From contig NC_069007.1 in assembly GCF_001194135.2 (NCBI RefSeq), positions 21,570,505 to 21,624,666 on the forward strand: a stretch of DNA of 54,162 nucleotides, read 5' to 3'. Shown in pieces: positions 1 to 13,900 of the stretch (positions are counted from its first letter, which is position 1; each line of letters begins with the position of its first letter). A program made the translations under genes and the position numbers. Below the pieces are notes generated by a model that made no database searches, had not been told where the DNA came from, and was given only the letters and a program-made list of their open reading frames with translations. This DNA is from Octopus bimaculoides (Eukaryota).

Positions 1-53
<53 letters not shown>

Positions 54-268
54 CACACACACACATGAATATGCACATATATATGTATATACGTATAATT
101 ATTCATATAGATATAGATATATACACACACAGGCACACGCATGCATATACACGTACATAAATCTCTCATTTTACTTAACGTCAGACAGACACAAACACAT
201 ACACACAAGTATGTGTATGTACCTATGTATATACATACACATACATGTCTCTGTCTTCCTCTCTCCTC

Positions 269-314
<46 letters not shown>

Positions 315-460
315 GTATATATATACATGTACATATACATACATACATACATACACACACATACTCACACACAAAAGAATAAAGAAGATGCAAATTTTCG
401 TACATTCATACCTATGTACACATGCACACACAAACATTCGTACGTATACACACACACACA
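1..460. repeat. (TA)n/(CA)n/(TACA)n microsatellite complex
   Basis: Directly visible. Confidence 0.95.
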
Positions 461-699
461 CACACAGACGGGAATCCCGCTCTGTACACAGGCAGACAGA
501 CAGATATTATCCGATTCACTGCTTACGGCAATTTTTATTTCTTCAAATAATGTCACAGATCAACGAAAGAAATTAAACGAATACATTTACTTGGTAATTC
601 ACATGAAAGAGATAAATAAATAAAGAGATTTACAAACAAATAAATGCGTAAATAAATAAATAAATAGGGAATAAAGAATGAAAACCTGATGGATAGACA

Positions 700-740
700 G
701 TCAGTCAGACAGGTAGGTAAATAGATAGATAGATCGATAG

Positions 741-809
<69 letters not shown>

Positions 810-836
810 GATAGACAGGCAGACAGACAGATGGAT

Positions 837-871
<35 letters not shown>

Positions 872-894
872 GACAGAGAGACAGACAGACAGAC

Positions 895-928
<34 letters not shown>

Positions 929-990
929 GATGGATGGACAAAAGACAGACAGATAGATGGACAAAGAAAGAAAGAAAGAAAGAAAGAAGT
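700..990. repeat. Compound (GATA)n(GA)n(GACA)n(GAAA)n microsatellite
   Basis: Directly visible. Confidence 0.95.
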
Positions 991-1682
991 TAAGAGAAGA
1001 AAGAATCCATGTAGATTTAATGTAATTCGTGTTTACACAATTTCTAATGCATTTTGTATGTTGTGTCGATGTGGTGGGTGTTATCCAGAATCAACCATGC
1101 GAGAGATCGGATTCAAGAGTGACATACGAAAAGGCCAAACGACCGACACACACACACACACACATAAACGAATAAACAGATAGGTAGGTAGATATCGAAA
1201 CAGATATATGTAGAGAGAGGGGGGCAAAATCGAGAGAGATCGGTACTGAGAAGAGGTTTTTATTGATACTGAAGCTGCGAGTTTGTCTCTTGACTCGAGT
1301 TTCGCGCCGAAGATCGTCGTTGGCATGAAACTCAACTCAAGGTGTAGACCATATCCTCTACATGTATTGAGCACTCTTCTCAGTCATTCAACATTAAATA
1401 ACGTACACACACACATTTATATACATACATGTGTGTGTGTTGTTTTATTCTTTTACTTGTTTCAGTCATTTGACTGCAGCCATGCTGGAGCACCGCCTTT
1501 AGTTGAGCAAATCGACCCCAGGACTTATTCTTCGTAGGCCTAGTACTTATTCTATCGGTCTCTTTTGTTAAACCGCTAGGTTACGGAAACGTAAACACAC
1601 CAGCATCGGTTGTCAAGCGATGTTGGTGGGACAAACATGGACACACAAACATATACAAATACATACATAAATNNNNNNNNNN

Positions 1683-1728
<46 letters not shown>

Positions 1729-2084
1729 CTTATCTATCGCTCTTTCTCTCAATCTCACTGTCACTCAACCACACTGATCTCTCTCTCTCTCTTTGATAAT
1801 GATTATGCACCATATCCAGTCTTCACACAATTTGCTACAGGTGACTTCCCCCACCCGTAGCCAATCTGTTTTCATCGTCATTGTTGTCGTTGGGGGTAGT
1901 GGTAGTGGAGGTGACGGCAGGGGCGTGGGTCTAGTATTGTCAGTATAGGCTCAAGTAAGCAGCAGCAGCAGTAGCAGTAGTAGTAGTATCTGCTACATGC
2001 ACAAATAGTAGTAGTATTTGGTACATACATATGTATGTGATCTATGTCTGTATCCATCTGTGTATCTTTTAAGCATACGTTTCT

Positions 2085-2275
2085 ATGAGATTTCATTGCC
2101 CAAAGGCCACAGCACCTGCACCAGGACAATGCCCCCGTCCACAGTCCCATATCATGGTAACCAACTACTTGACAGAGATGGGCACCAAAACCGTCCCTCT
2201 CACTCACTACAGACCAAACCTTTTGCTCTCTGTGACTTTTGGTTGTTCCTCAAGCTGAAGAGGAAGGTGGAAGAG
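2085..2275 (+). mobile_element. Degenerate mariner (DD34D-type) transposase fragment
   Basis: Frameshifted HQDNAPVH...MVTNYLTEMGTKTVP...CDFWLFLKLKR, matching the mariner HDNAxxH / YSPDLAPCDFxLF motifs. Confidence 0.8.
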
Positions 2276-3799
2276 GCCCCTGGACTCCTTTCTCTTTGGA
2301 GGACTTCCATGGGGCCTTCACGAAGTAGCTGGAGTACTACAGCTGTCTTGAAGTCAGAAGATCCTTTGAAGGACTAGTCTCCTCCCCTCAAAATGTCAGG
2401 CCTTGTGCCTATAGTAGAAAGGATTATTATTATTATTATTATTTCTCTTTAATGAAGCATACAGTTTTTGAGTTAAATTCAAAAAAGAGATAATGTGAAG
2501 TTTTGATGTTCATAACTTTCCAGAAAGAATAAACAAACAACAATCAATGAAAGAAAAATATAAAAGATGATAATAATTAAGTAAAGAGCCATTTGAATTT
2601 AATTAATCTAAACGTTTATTAATTTCAAATGTGATTTGTAGCAAATGAAATGATTAATTAAGTGGTTCAGTGACTGCATACATTTAACACACTAACATCA
2701 AGTCAATACCGAATCAAATAAAAGGCCGCTAGAAGCAGTGGTTGTTTACTTAGGTGTTGACATTTATTAGTGAGCTCAGATTTCCTTTGTTGGGTTTTTT
2801 TTTAAGGGGTGATTGTGTTGTGATGTGTGGTTCTTGTTGTTGTTTGTGTTTGTGTGTTGTGCGCAAGTGATGTATATCAAGTAAGTGTGCACTGAATGTT
2901 TGTGTGTGTGTGTGTATGTGTGTATGAGTGAAGTGTGTTGTGTTTGAGGTGTGTGATGTCTGGTATTTGTGTGTGTGTTGTATATTATGTGTGTGTGTGT
3001 GTTTATGAAGTATGTTGAGTGAGTGAAGCGTATCAAGTGTGCGTGTGTGAGTGGAGTATTGAGTATGTGATGCATAAGTGAGGTGTGTTGAGTATGAGTG
3101 AAGTGCATCAAGTGCATGGGGTGTGAGTGAAGTTTGCTATGAGTGCAGCAGAGTGTTGTAGTATGGGTGTAAGTGCGAGTGTATGTGAGTATAAGTGCTT
3201 GTGTGTGTGTGTGTGTGTGTACGTACACATGAGCGCTTGCTCATCTTGTATGGGTATGAGTGTACATGAATGCTTGCATGCGTGTATGTGTGAGTCCTTG
3301 TGTTTGCATGTGTGTGTGTTGTTTAATGTCTGTGTTTATTTCATTTACTCTTTATCTGATGTTATACAGTGTTGGACGGATCTACAAATTCTTACTTCAA
3401 CATATCTACACAGGGAGCAGGGACAGGCTTGTGTCAGCTCTGACCCAAAGTCCCAAGTAAAACAAAAAAAAAACTGCCGGGGTGAGATGAGGGTCAAAGT
3501 TTACCCTCATGACTTTCCCGCGGTCTATTTTGTCAGTGAGGGCCACATTTGGAAGTTTCCATTGCTGTTGTTTAACCCTGGGTCAACCATACCTGATTGA
3601 GGAGATTCAGGATCTAAGATGGTCCCGTCTTTGGTATGGTGTGTTTGGCATTACCTTGTACAATGTGTAATGTGTCCATCCCTTTTTAAAGTAGAAAATG
3701 ATCAGAGGAGGAAACTGGACTGCTGTTTCTAGCAGATCAAGCTATTGTGTAGAGGTATCCTTATGGGTGATGAGGTGTGACAACTGTGCTAATGATTAT

Positions 3800-4050
3800 A
3801 AGTTGTTGTTGTTGTGGTGGTGGTGGTGGTGGTGATGGAAGTGATGGTGGTGGAGAGGGATGGAGGCGGTGGTTGTGGTAACAGCAGTGGTAGTGGTGAT
3901 GGAAGTGATTGTAGTGGAGGGGGTGGAAGTGGTGGTGGTGGTGGTAATGGTGTCTGTGGGGGTGCTGATGGTGGTTGTGGGGGGAAGGGGTGATGATTGC
4001 TGCTGGGTGATGATGGTGATGATGGTGGTGGTGGTGGTGGTGATGGTGGC
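3800..4050. repeat. (GTG/GAT)n trinucleotide low-complexity tract
   Basis: Directly visible. Similar tracts at 6320-6600, 7140-7465, 17550-17770, 24600-24735, 46700-46770. Confidence 0.9.
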
Positions 4051-4500
4051 TAAGCTGTCCCAGTCAGTTCTGCATGTGCAGAGCCTAACTAGAGCAACAC
4101 AGGAAAACACATTCACACACCACTGTCCCTCAAAACGTACACAAATCCAACAAGTCTATAGGTGGTTGCCCAACCTGCCAGAAAGAGAAGTCAAATCCCC
4201 CTCAAGCCATGCCTTACTAATTTAAAAAGAAAGGACACATTAGATGAAATAATCCAATAAAATAACCTTAAAAAAATCAAAAAGAAAACAAAAAAATAAA
4301 CTGAATGGCCATGGCTGGAATGCCTCTGATTATAGGTTTCCTCAATCAGGACTGACCTAGGGTTAAACAACAACAACAACAAGACTGTAGAGAAAAATCA
4401 TCAGGTGTTTATGACGTAAAGTGACTGCCTCTCCTCCAGGAGGTGAGAGTCACCATGTCACTGCAAGTCTCTCCTGATGATGCTGATAGTGATGATGCTG

Positions 4501-4616
4501 CTATTGGTCTTCATCAAGGGTCATGTGATCCATTTGAGCCACTAGGCTGTCAGTGTCTTCGACTTCTGGTTCTTTGGGAGAAGGGGATGATGGGAAGGCT
4601 GCTGGTTGTTTTTGAT
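4501..4616 (-). CDS. BBS9: BBS9 terminal coding exon 21 (best candidate)
   Basis: Long pyrimidine tract + ttccag, phase 1, DQKQPAAFPSSPSPKEPEVEDTDSLVAQMDHMTLDEDQ*. This tail is poorly conserved, so support comes from splice signals and frame only. Confidence 0.68.
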
Positions 4617-4927
4617 CTGGAAAGAAGAAGAGGAAGAAGAAGAAGAATGAGTAAGAGCACGAGTGCGAGTGGGACATTGAGCATGAGTGACAAAGAGTGA
4701 GATATAAGCATGAGTGAGAGTTGGAGACTGAGTAAGAATGTAGCTGAGTAAAAGTGAGACATAGGAATATGAGTGAGATGGGACATTAAATATGAGTGCG
4801 AGTGGAACACTGAATAAGAGTAAAACATGAGAGTACAAGTGAGAGGAGACATTGAGTATGAATGAGTAAGGGTGACATAAGGTGAGTGACAGTGGAGCAT
4901 TGAGTATGAGCGAAAGTGGAATTGAGA

Positions 4928-4997
<70 letters not shown>

Positions 4998-7900
4998 CAA
5001 AATGGGACAAGAATGCAAAACAGTCAGATGGTACAAGAAAGGGACAACAAAACATCCAGATAGATGATACGAAGAAAACAAGGACAGATCATTCAGAGTT
5101 TTCTTTCATCAGTCGAGATCCAGATTATCTTTGCAATTTCAGCTGGTTATGCTTGAGATTGCTCCAATCTGGCCAGCCCCAAGGAAAATCTAAGCTAAGA
5201 GCATTAGATTCCTTGGAAGAAAGCAGCGAATGTATACAAAAGCAAGGACTGAAAAAAACGAACAATGTTACACGAATACAATAAAAAAATGATAACAGGA
5301 CGGAGAGAATGAGAGATAGAAAAGGAGAGGGATAGGGTGGGAGGTGGGGGTGAGAGAAAGGGAGAGAGGGGAGAGATAGGGGAGGTGGAGAGAATGAGAG
5401 AGGAGGAGGGAGAGAGAAGAGAGCAGGAAAAAGATGGACAGTGAGAGAGAAAGAGAATAAGAACTAACCAGGAGCGGTTGGAACCAGCTTTATTCCTTTC
5501 CCCAGTTTCTCACAGAATGTAGTGATATGTTTACAGACTTTGGAGGAATCAGAAGGGAGGCTGAACGGCGGAGGGTTGATCGTAGTGTCTTTGGTGTTCT
5601 TTGCCAGCACAGTCCGCAGCATGTGGGTGATGGCAGCGTCGACATTCTCCTCCCAACCCTGTGAAAATGACAAACAGACATTAAGATGAATGGACAGGAA
5701 GACAGACGGACGTGAAGACAAACAGACATGAAGACAAATGGACATGAAGACAAATGGATGTGAAGACAAACGGACATGCCAAAACACACTCAGGAGTATG
5801 GTGTAGGCTCCTGCCTGGCCAGTTCTTGTCAAACCATCCAACCCATGCCAGCATGGAAGGAGAACATTAAACGATGAATCATCCTCATCCTCATCATCAT
5901 TTGACGTCCGGTTTCCATGCTGGCATGGGTTGTATGGTTCGACTGAGAACTGATACGTTGAGGAGCTGCACCAGGCTCCTCCAATCATTAAGAATATTGT
6001 GCACTCAGACAAACTTACATTTCACACTTGTGGCTCCACCTGTGACGAGTAAGGGAGGACATACCTGATGGTTGTTGTTATTGATGATGGGAGAGAGAAC
6101 TGTGTTGAGAACAGCAAACTCCTGGTCAGTCATGTGGCCCGGGTACCAAAGACGGATGAGGAGATTTAAGAGAGACGTTCCACTGCTGAGATGGTCAGAG
6201 GCCAATTCTAGCTCCCGCTGGTTCCCTTCGATCATTTCAGACAGAAGAAGGATCTGCAGTGAGATAATGCAACATACATTTGACAGTAATTACATGTTAT
6301 TGATTAAGTATGGTGGGGCTAGTGAGGGATGGTGGTGGTGGTTGGGGGAGATGGTAGTGGTGGGGGAATGTGGTGGTGATGGCGGTCATGGTAGTACTTG
6401 TGATGGTGGTGGTGATGGTGATGGTGGTGGTGGTGATGGTGGCTGTGGTTGTGGTAGTGGTGGTGGTGATGGTGGTGGTGGCATTGGTACTTTTCTGGTG
6501 GGGTAGTGCTGGTAGTGGCGCTGGTGCTGGTAGTGGTGTTAATGGTGGCGCTGGTGTTAGTGATGGTGGTGATGCTGATGGTGATTGTGGTGGTGTTTTA
6601 TTATTTNNNNNNNNNNNNNNNNNNNNNNNNNNNNNNNNNNNNNNNNNNNNNNNNNNNNNNNNNNNNNNNNNNNNNNNNNNNNNNNNNNNNNNNNNNNNNN
6701 NNNNNNNNNNNNNNNNNNNNNNNNNNNNNNNNNNNNNNNNNNNNNNNNNNNNNNNNNNNNNNNNNNNNNNNNNNNNNNNAGATGGAACAGTCATGGCCGG
6801 AATGCCACTGACAAATCAGGATTGGTGTGGTAAAGTAAACATCAACAACAACAACATGAATGATTGCTCACCTGATGGTAAGTTTCTTCCAGAAGGATGT
6901 CCAACCCAACAAGATGCAAAGGTGACTTGTCCTTGTATTTAATTAAGAGACGCCTCTGAATGGCACGGAACTGCGCCGCCTTCGTTGCCAGCTCCTCTTT
7001 ACAACGTTCCACTTCTTGACGATGCTGCAACATGTTGGAATGGTAAGAAATTGAAACGGTAGGGAAAGAAGAACAAGAAGAAGAAGAAAAAAAAAACAAG
7101 GAACAGAAGAGCAAAATTCTTCCCCCAAAATAACAATTATTGCTTATCCATCATCCTCATCATCATCTTCATCATAATCATCATCATCATCATCCCCATC
7201 ATCCTCGTCATCATCATCTCCGTCACCACCACCACAACCCTCTGCCTCCTCCTCTTCATCATCATCCTCCCCGTCACCACCACCCTCCTCCTCCTCCTCC
7301 TCCTCATCATCATCATCATCACATACCACCGTGAACATCATTGCCATCACCATCAAATTCAAGACCATTGTTATCGGTCATTGCTCTCACCACCGTTGTC
7401 ATCACCATTGCTGCTGTTGTCGTCACTGTCATCAGCACCACCATCAACATCATCATCATCATAACCATCATCGTCAAATATATATATATATACACATATA
7501 CATATCTACAGGTTGGGTTAGGGTTAGGTTGCAGAGTGAGCTTAACCACACAGCCATATATGGATATGTAAGAAAAAAAAAAAAAACGATGCTCCAAACC
7601 TCTAAATGTGTGTTGATCAGTTCAAAATATTCCGGGAGAGGAAGACTGCTGCTGAATCCCAACTTGAAATCACTGTGTCTCTCATGCTCAAAGTTCTTCC
7701 TCAGCCTCCGCACCAATTCCTCACACAAAATGTACATTGCTTCAAATCTATCACACTGGATCCGGTAACGATCTGCAACCAGATAAAGAAAAAACAAACA
7801 CACAGTTTTTACATAATTACACAACAGATCGTTATAATTATAATCGTTATTATTATTTGTTGTGACCCCCTTCGGTCATGAGCGACCATGGGATTGCACC

Positions 7901-10900
7901 TAGAAAGTTACCCTCCCAGGCACAAGTCTGGGCAAGGTCGTCCATGCATACCAGCCTCCTCTCTCCACACCACCAATGTTATCGAAAGGAAAGGCAAAGG
8001 GGCCGATACAGCCTGGCACCAGTGACATAGCCACAACTCATTTATTAACATGCAAATGGCTGAGCACTTCACAGACACCTGTACCCTTAACGATGTAATC
8101 GATTTAATCCCTTTCCACCAAATTTCAGGCCTTCTGCAGAAAGGGTCAGTATTATTATCAGGAAAAGTTTTCTTTTATTAGATGTTAAGTAAATGATAAA
8201 AAAAATAATTTAAAAAAAACTGTAGAAAGAAGTAGAATTATAAAATGAGAGAGAGGAGGGAAAGGGTGAGAGAAAGAGAGAGAGAAGGGAGAAAATGTGA
8301 GAGGTGGAAGAAAGAAAGAAAGGAAGAGAGAAAGAATGAAAGAAAGAAAGCAACACAAACAAAGGAAAAAAGGAATAAAGAAGAAAGATGAAGAAAAAAG
8401 GAAGAAAGAAAGCATCAAAAATGAGAAGTGAATTGTTTAGATAGATTGTGACATGACATACCTGACTTTGAAGCAAGTATTGTAACGATCGTCCCATTGA
8501 GGTACTCACAACCCACAACTGAATTGGAACCTGAACCACTAGGATCTGTTAGATCTAACACACAGACAGAAACAAGATATCAATTAAACTGATTGAATGA
8601 ATGTTCATTAAATGTAAAGCATTTGATAAAGAAAGCAGCTTATTAATTAGTTGTGATTATGTAACTTTTACTAAAAAGAAATCAAGGGGTCCCTGGCACC
8701 AGATTAACTTGGGGGGTCATGAAAAGAAAACTTCATATATTACTCAGAACATATGAAATAAAAGTTATGTAAATGTCTTAAAGACAAGCATGGACGTTCA
8801 GGACAAATTCATGAAAATGCTTTGTCCAGCCAAAGGGTGAAATGGTCTGCTGGAACAGGGCAGGCCTACAAAACACAGATGCTTCGGTCGGTTTTGTTTT
8901 TATTCAGACACAAGCAACGCATCCTTCCTTTCCAAACCTTCTGCCGCTCCTGTGTATCACATGATAGACAAAATATATTTCTCTGGTGTGTCTATGCATG
9001 ATATGTCATTCACATTCCCATTTTTGTTTCACCACCAGATTAACTTGGAGCTCATGAAACGAAAGCACTTTTGCCATGCCAGCATGGTCGTAGTCAAACG
9101 ACTGAAACAAGAGAAAGAAAGAAGGCATAATCCAAGGAGAATGATGTAGAGAAGAAAGGAAGGAAGAAAAAAAGGGTGAAAAACCTGGGAAAATCTTGTT
9201 TAAATTCAAAGATGCTTTGTTTGAGTCAATGGTAATCTTGTAGTTTGCATTCTTCATTGGAACTGCTGGCTTCACGACTAAACGAAGTGGGAGTCTCAGA
9301 TCAGTCACCACTCGTCGACTGCTTCCTGAAATTACAGACAATGTGGCATTAACAACAACAGCAACAACAACATTTTATCATCTGTTCTAACAGAATAAGG
9401 ATAGTAACTTGACTCCATCATCGGATAATACCAGCCTCCGTCTTCAGGGAAGAATTTTACATTTGAGGTGTTGACAGGATGGAGTTTAAAGATGGAATGA
9501 TTTTGTGGAGAACTAAATGTATTAGGAAGAGAGGAATTGGGGGGTATTTAGATTGAGAGTACCTCAAAAAGTCTTGGGTTTGATTTGTTCGACTAAATCC
9601 TTCAAGGTAGTACCCCAGCATGGCCACAACCTAATAATTAAAACAACTAAAAAATAAAACAGTGTGTTTGTATTTTGTGTCTACTTGTCTTGATTTGTGT
9701 GATAGGTGTAAATGAGTGTCACTGTCATACAAGCAGTGTCGTTTATTTCCAATATTTTGTGGGAAAATGTGTTGGCCATGCGGAAACATTAGTTTGTTAG
9801 GAAACAAGCGAGGATTGGTGACAGGAAGGGCGTCATTATAGAAAATTTGCCATCCCATGCAAAGGATGGAAAAGTGGATGTTAAATGAAGATGATGACGA
9901 CGATGATGATTTCAGACACAGCATTGTATGAAATGAACATTGCTTACCTGAAGATGGTCGCAGGTAACTGGTGCAAACTTGGACAGCTAGGCTGGTCGGC
10001 ATGTCTAATGAAGAAGGATACACACACATAATGGTTTCATGGGGTCGATTCGGCTCTGTGGAGCAGAAGAATAGATAAATAACAATTAGAGCAATGTAAC
10101 AACAACAATAATAATAATAATAATAATAATAATCCTTTCTACTGGAAGCACCAGGTCTCAAATTTGGGGGAAGGGATTAAATCGACCCCGGTGCATAACT
10201 GGTACTTATTTAATCACCCCTGAAAGAATGAAAGGAAAAATTGACCTTGGTGGAATTTGAACTGGTATTTTATTTTAATTGCCACCTGAGAGATAAAATG
10301 CAAAGTTGTCAAAGGTGGGGTTTGAACTCGGAATGTAAAGAGCCGGAACAAATTCCGTAAATCATCTAAAAAAAATAAAATGGACACTGAATAATTAAAG
10401 TAGGTGAAATTTTTTATCTTTTTATTTTTTTCTTGATTAATTAAAATCGAACATTTCGTAGTGAGGAAAGGAAAATAACAATTAAAGTGATAATCGTAAA
10501 ATTAATTCGAAACCAAAAATCCAAGGAAGATAACTTTTAACTACAAGAGTTGTTCCCCTTGCACGCGCTTCATCATTGCTATAAATATGATTGGGTTTCA
10601 ATTTTTAATAACTTCAACTTTACAAGTAAATTGCATGAAATTTTGATACAATATAAAGGACATAATGGAAATTAATATACATGAGTGGAATTTTGCAACA
10701 CTATTACATCACATATGAAAAATGACATCGCTTAAATGGCGACCATTTTCGGCATCGCACGCCTGTGTTCTTTTCAAAAGCTGCACCATAACAGCCTCAA
10801 GAATTTCAGACCCCACTTCTCTGATTTCTCTGTTGATGTTGTCCTTCAGTAGTAGCAGGGTCTTCAGTTTGTTGATGTAAACCCACTTTTTCAGGTATCC

Positions 10901-13900
10901 CCCACAAGGAAAAAATCCGGGCTATTTCATGGTGACATGGGTCAGGCAGAGTTTATTGAAGCAGATTTTCCATGGTCCTATGTCCTTCCTTTTGCTAGTA
11001 TGTGTGTGCGTTTGTTCGTGTGTGTGCGTGTTTGTGTGTGTTCGTGATTTTGTGTGTGCGTGTGAGTGTGTTTGTATTTGTGTGTGTGCATGTCTGTTTG
11101 TGTGTGTATGTAAATTGTGTGATTGTTGTAAATAAGCATCACTGTTATACAAGAAAATACAGGAGAATCAGTTAATTATGATTTTATTCAATATATTCCC
11201 CTCTCAGATTCACACACTTATTGCAGCAGTTCTTCAGTTTTTCTAAGCCCTGTAAAAAAACTCAGAAGGTTGGCCCTCCAACCAGGCCTTTCACGATACC
11301 CTTAAAGCCACAAACTTTTCAGACCCCCTTCATATATATATATATTCCTCTCTCTTGGAGAGGCACAAGCACTTAAGAGAGAGGGATATATATATATGAG
11401 GGGGTGCTGAAAAGCTCCTGGCTTTGGGAAAAGAAAATACAGAAGGATCAGTTAATTATGATTTTATGGTTTTATTCCACATATTCCCCTCTCAGATTCA
11501 CCCAGTTATTGCAGCGATCCTTCAGTTTTTCTAAACCCTCTAAAAGAACTCAGAAGTTGGCCCTCCAACCAGGCCTTTCGTGACACCCTTAAAACCAGGA
11601 ACATTTTTCAGCACCCCCTCATATTAGAAATTTGAAACTTACCCAGTTTGTTGAGGTGGAATTCTGGTTTCTCAGCCGTTATGTGGTTTCCAAGACAGAT
11701 CTGGCAGTTTACATTCTCCAGAACAGTTTTGCTTTTGAACACAATCTACAATGGAAGCAGTTGATTAAAGCACAGTAATTATAGCTGTTGAACAAAGCAG
11801 TACTGTAGCCTGAAGTATTATTTCATGTCACCATGAAATAGCCTGAAGCTATAGTACAAGACACTTGCCCAAGGTGTCACACAGTGGGACTGAACCTGGA
11901 ACCATGTGGTTGGGAACCAATTTACTGGTTCTACGAGTCCCAGTACACAAGACAGCACCTACTTTACTAACATGTACCTGTTGCACCTGATGCAGGAATG
12001 GGTATATGTAAATGGTACGATAAAATGATGACGCCCTACATGAATGGTAAGGAAAAAAAAAGGGGGTATATCCCCTTAGACAGGATAATTACCTTTAACG
12101 AGACACAGGACACTTCATGTTCAGTCTCATATTCAGAATAATTGCCAATCTGTAATTAAAGAGAAATGATAATTAGTAAATGACATCTAATGCTTTAGTG
12201 AACAGCAGCGATCCCCAACCGTTTTTTGGACCAGGGTCCATTCAAAACAATTTTCATCATCATCATCCTCATCATCGTTTAACGTCCGCTTTCCATGCTG
12301 GCATGGGTTGGACGATTTGACTGAGGACTGGTGAACCAGATGGCTACCCCAGGCGCCAATCTGATTTGGCAGAGTTTCTACAGCTGGATGCCCTTCCTAA
12401 CGCCAACCACTCAGAGAGTGTAGTGAGTGCTTTTACGTCCCACCGGCACGAAGGCCAGTCAGGCGGTACTGGCAACGGCCACGCTCAAAATGGTGTATTT
12501 TATGTGCCACCTGCACAGGAACCAGTCCAGCGACAATTACAACTATATAAACACAGAGTGAGCCATACTTACTATTCTGGTCTGTAGTTCAGGAAGGAGA
12601 TCAGCATTGACAGTCAGTTCTTCCGATTCCTTTGGGTGTGGGATTAATACGTCTAGAGAGTAGAAGAGAAAGAGAAAGATAGAGTACTTTCATACCATAA
12701 TCATCATTTAGCGTCCGTTGTCCATGCTGGCATGGGTTGGACGGTTTGACCAGGGCTGGCAAGCTTGGGAGCTGCACCAGGCTCCAGTCTGGTTTGTATA
12801 GAATTTGTTCATGGTTTTCAGTTGGTGGTTTATTTCAGAGGTAGTAGACAATTTCTACTACCTAGGGGACCAAATTAGTAGTGGGGGAGGATGCACGGAG
12901 AGAGTGACAGCTACAATAAGAACAGAAGGGAGGAAATTCAGAGAGCTGTTACCTCTGTTGGCCATGAAAGATTTCTCTCTCCAAGTGAAAGGAAGATTGT
13001 ATGAGGCATGTATATGGACAGCAATTCTACATGGTAGTGAGACGTGGGCCCTGAATGCAGAGGAAATGCAACGGTTAGAAAGGAACGGGGCTAGTATGCT
13101 CTGCTGGATGTGTAATGTAAGCATACACGTTCGACAGAGGACCAGTGTTCTGAGAGAGAGAAGTTAGGCATAAGAGGAAAGGGTTGCTGTGTGCAAGAGA
13201 GAAAGGACTGCACTGGTTTGGTCATGTGATGCTTGTGGTTATTTAATATTTTGTGATTGTTTAATATTTTCTTTATTTCTGTCCTTCAGAAAATGGAATG
13301 AGAAGATTGGGAAAATTAAAGACAGGTTTTTTACAAAATAGGAATTTGAGTAGAATCTAGTGGATCATTGTCATCGTCCCCAAGGACATGCATGACAAAT
13401 GAAGTTGGATAATTTAACGAGCTTACTAATTAAGGAAATCTAAAACAATTACGACAATTTGGGGATATGGATACTGGCCACCTCCTTCACCAGAGACAAG
13501 CATATTAAATTAGAATTAAATAAAATTATTATTAAGGAATCTCTTACCAGCCTTGTGAGATAACTGACGGATCTTCTTGTTCAAGGAGGTGATTTCTTTG
13601 TCGATGTCGTCATACCGGACGTCACGAGAATCAACCATCGGAGGAGTGAACAGGTCTGGGTCACTACCCAGGTAGGAGACTTGCAGGTAACCATTCTCTG
13701 TCAGGCTAACAACTAAACCCTTGATGCCCCTACGGTGGCAACAAAGAACAAGGGAGAGAGAGATTGAAAGGATTTGTTGGGGAGAGACATGAGGCAACAA
13801 AGTTGTTCAATACAGAAAACTCAAACCAAATCTCAACAGATCCTACCAACTTAAATGATAACGAATCATAATGATTATTACTGATATAATAATAATAATA

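Noticed and set aside
1097-1183. ORF starting MREI (beta-tubulin autoregulatory tetrapeptide) with a caaccATG context
   Set aside because: It diverges immediately (MREIGFKSDIRKGQ), runs into a CA repeat and stops after 28 aa. Likely coincidence.
5464-6012. 182-aa minus-strand ORF as a standalone gene
   Set aside because: Only 5469-5658 is BBS9 exon 20; the rest is intronic SINE and simple repeat.
7511-7530. gggttagggttagg telomere-like motif
   Set aside because: Only about two TTAGGG units; expected by chance.
9432-9441. Possible BBS9 micro-exon (gaag|ACGGAGGCTG|gtatta) where I recall a 15-nt human micro-exon
   Set aside because: 10 nt would frameshift; exons 14 and 15 already join in phase.
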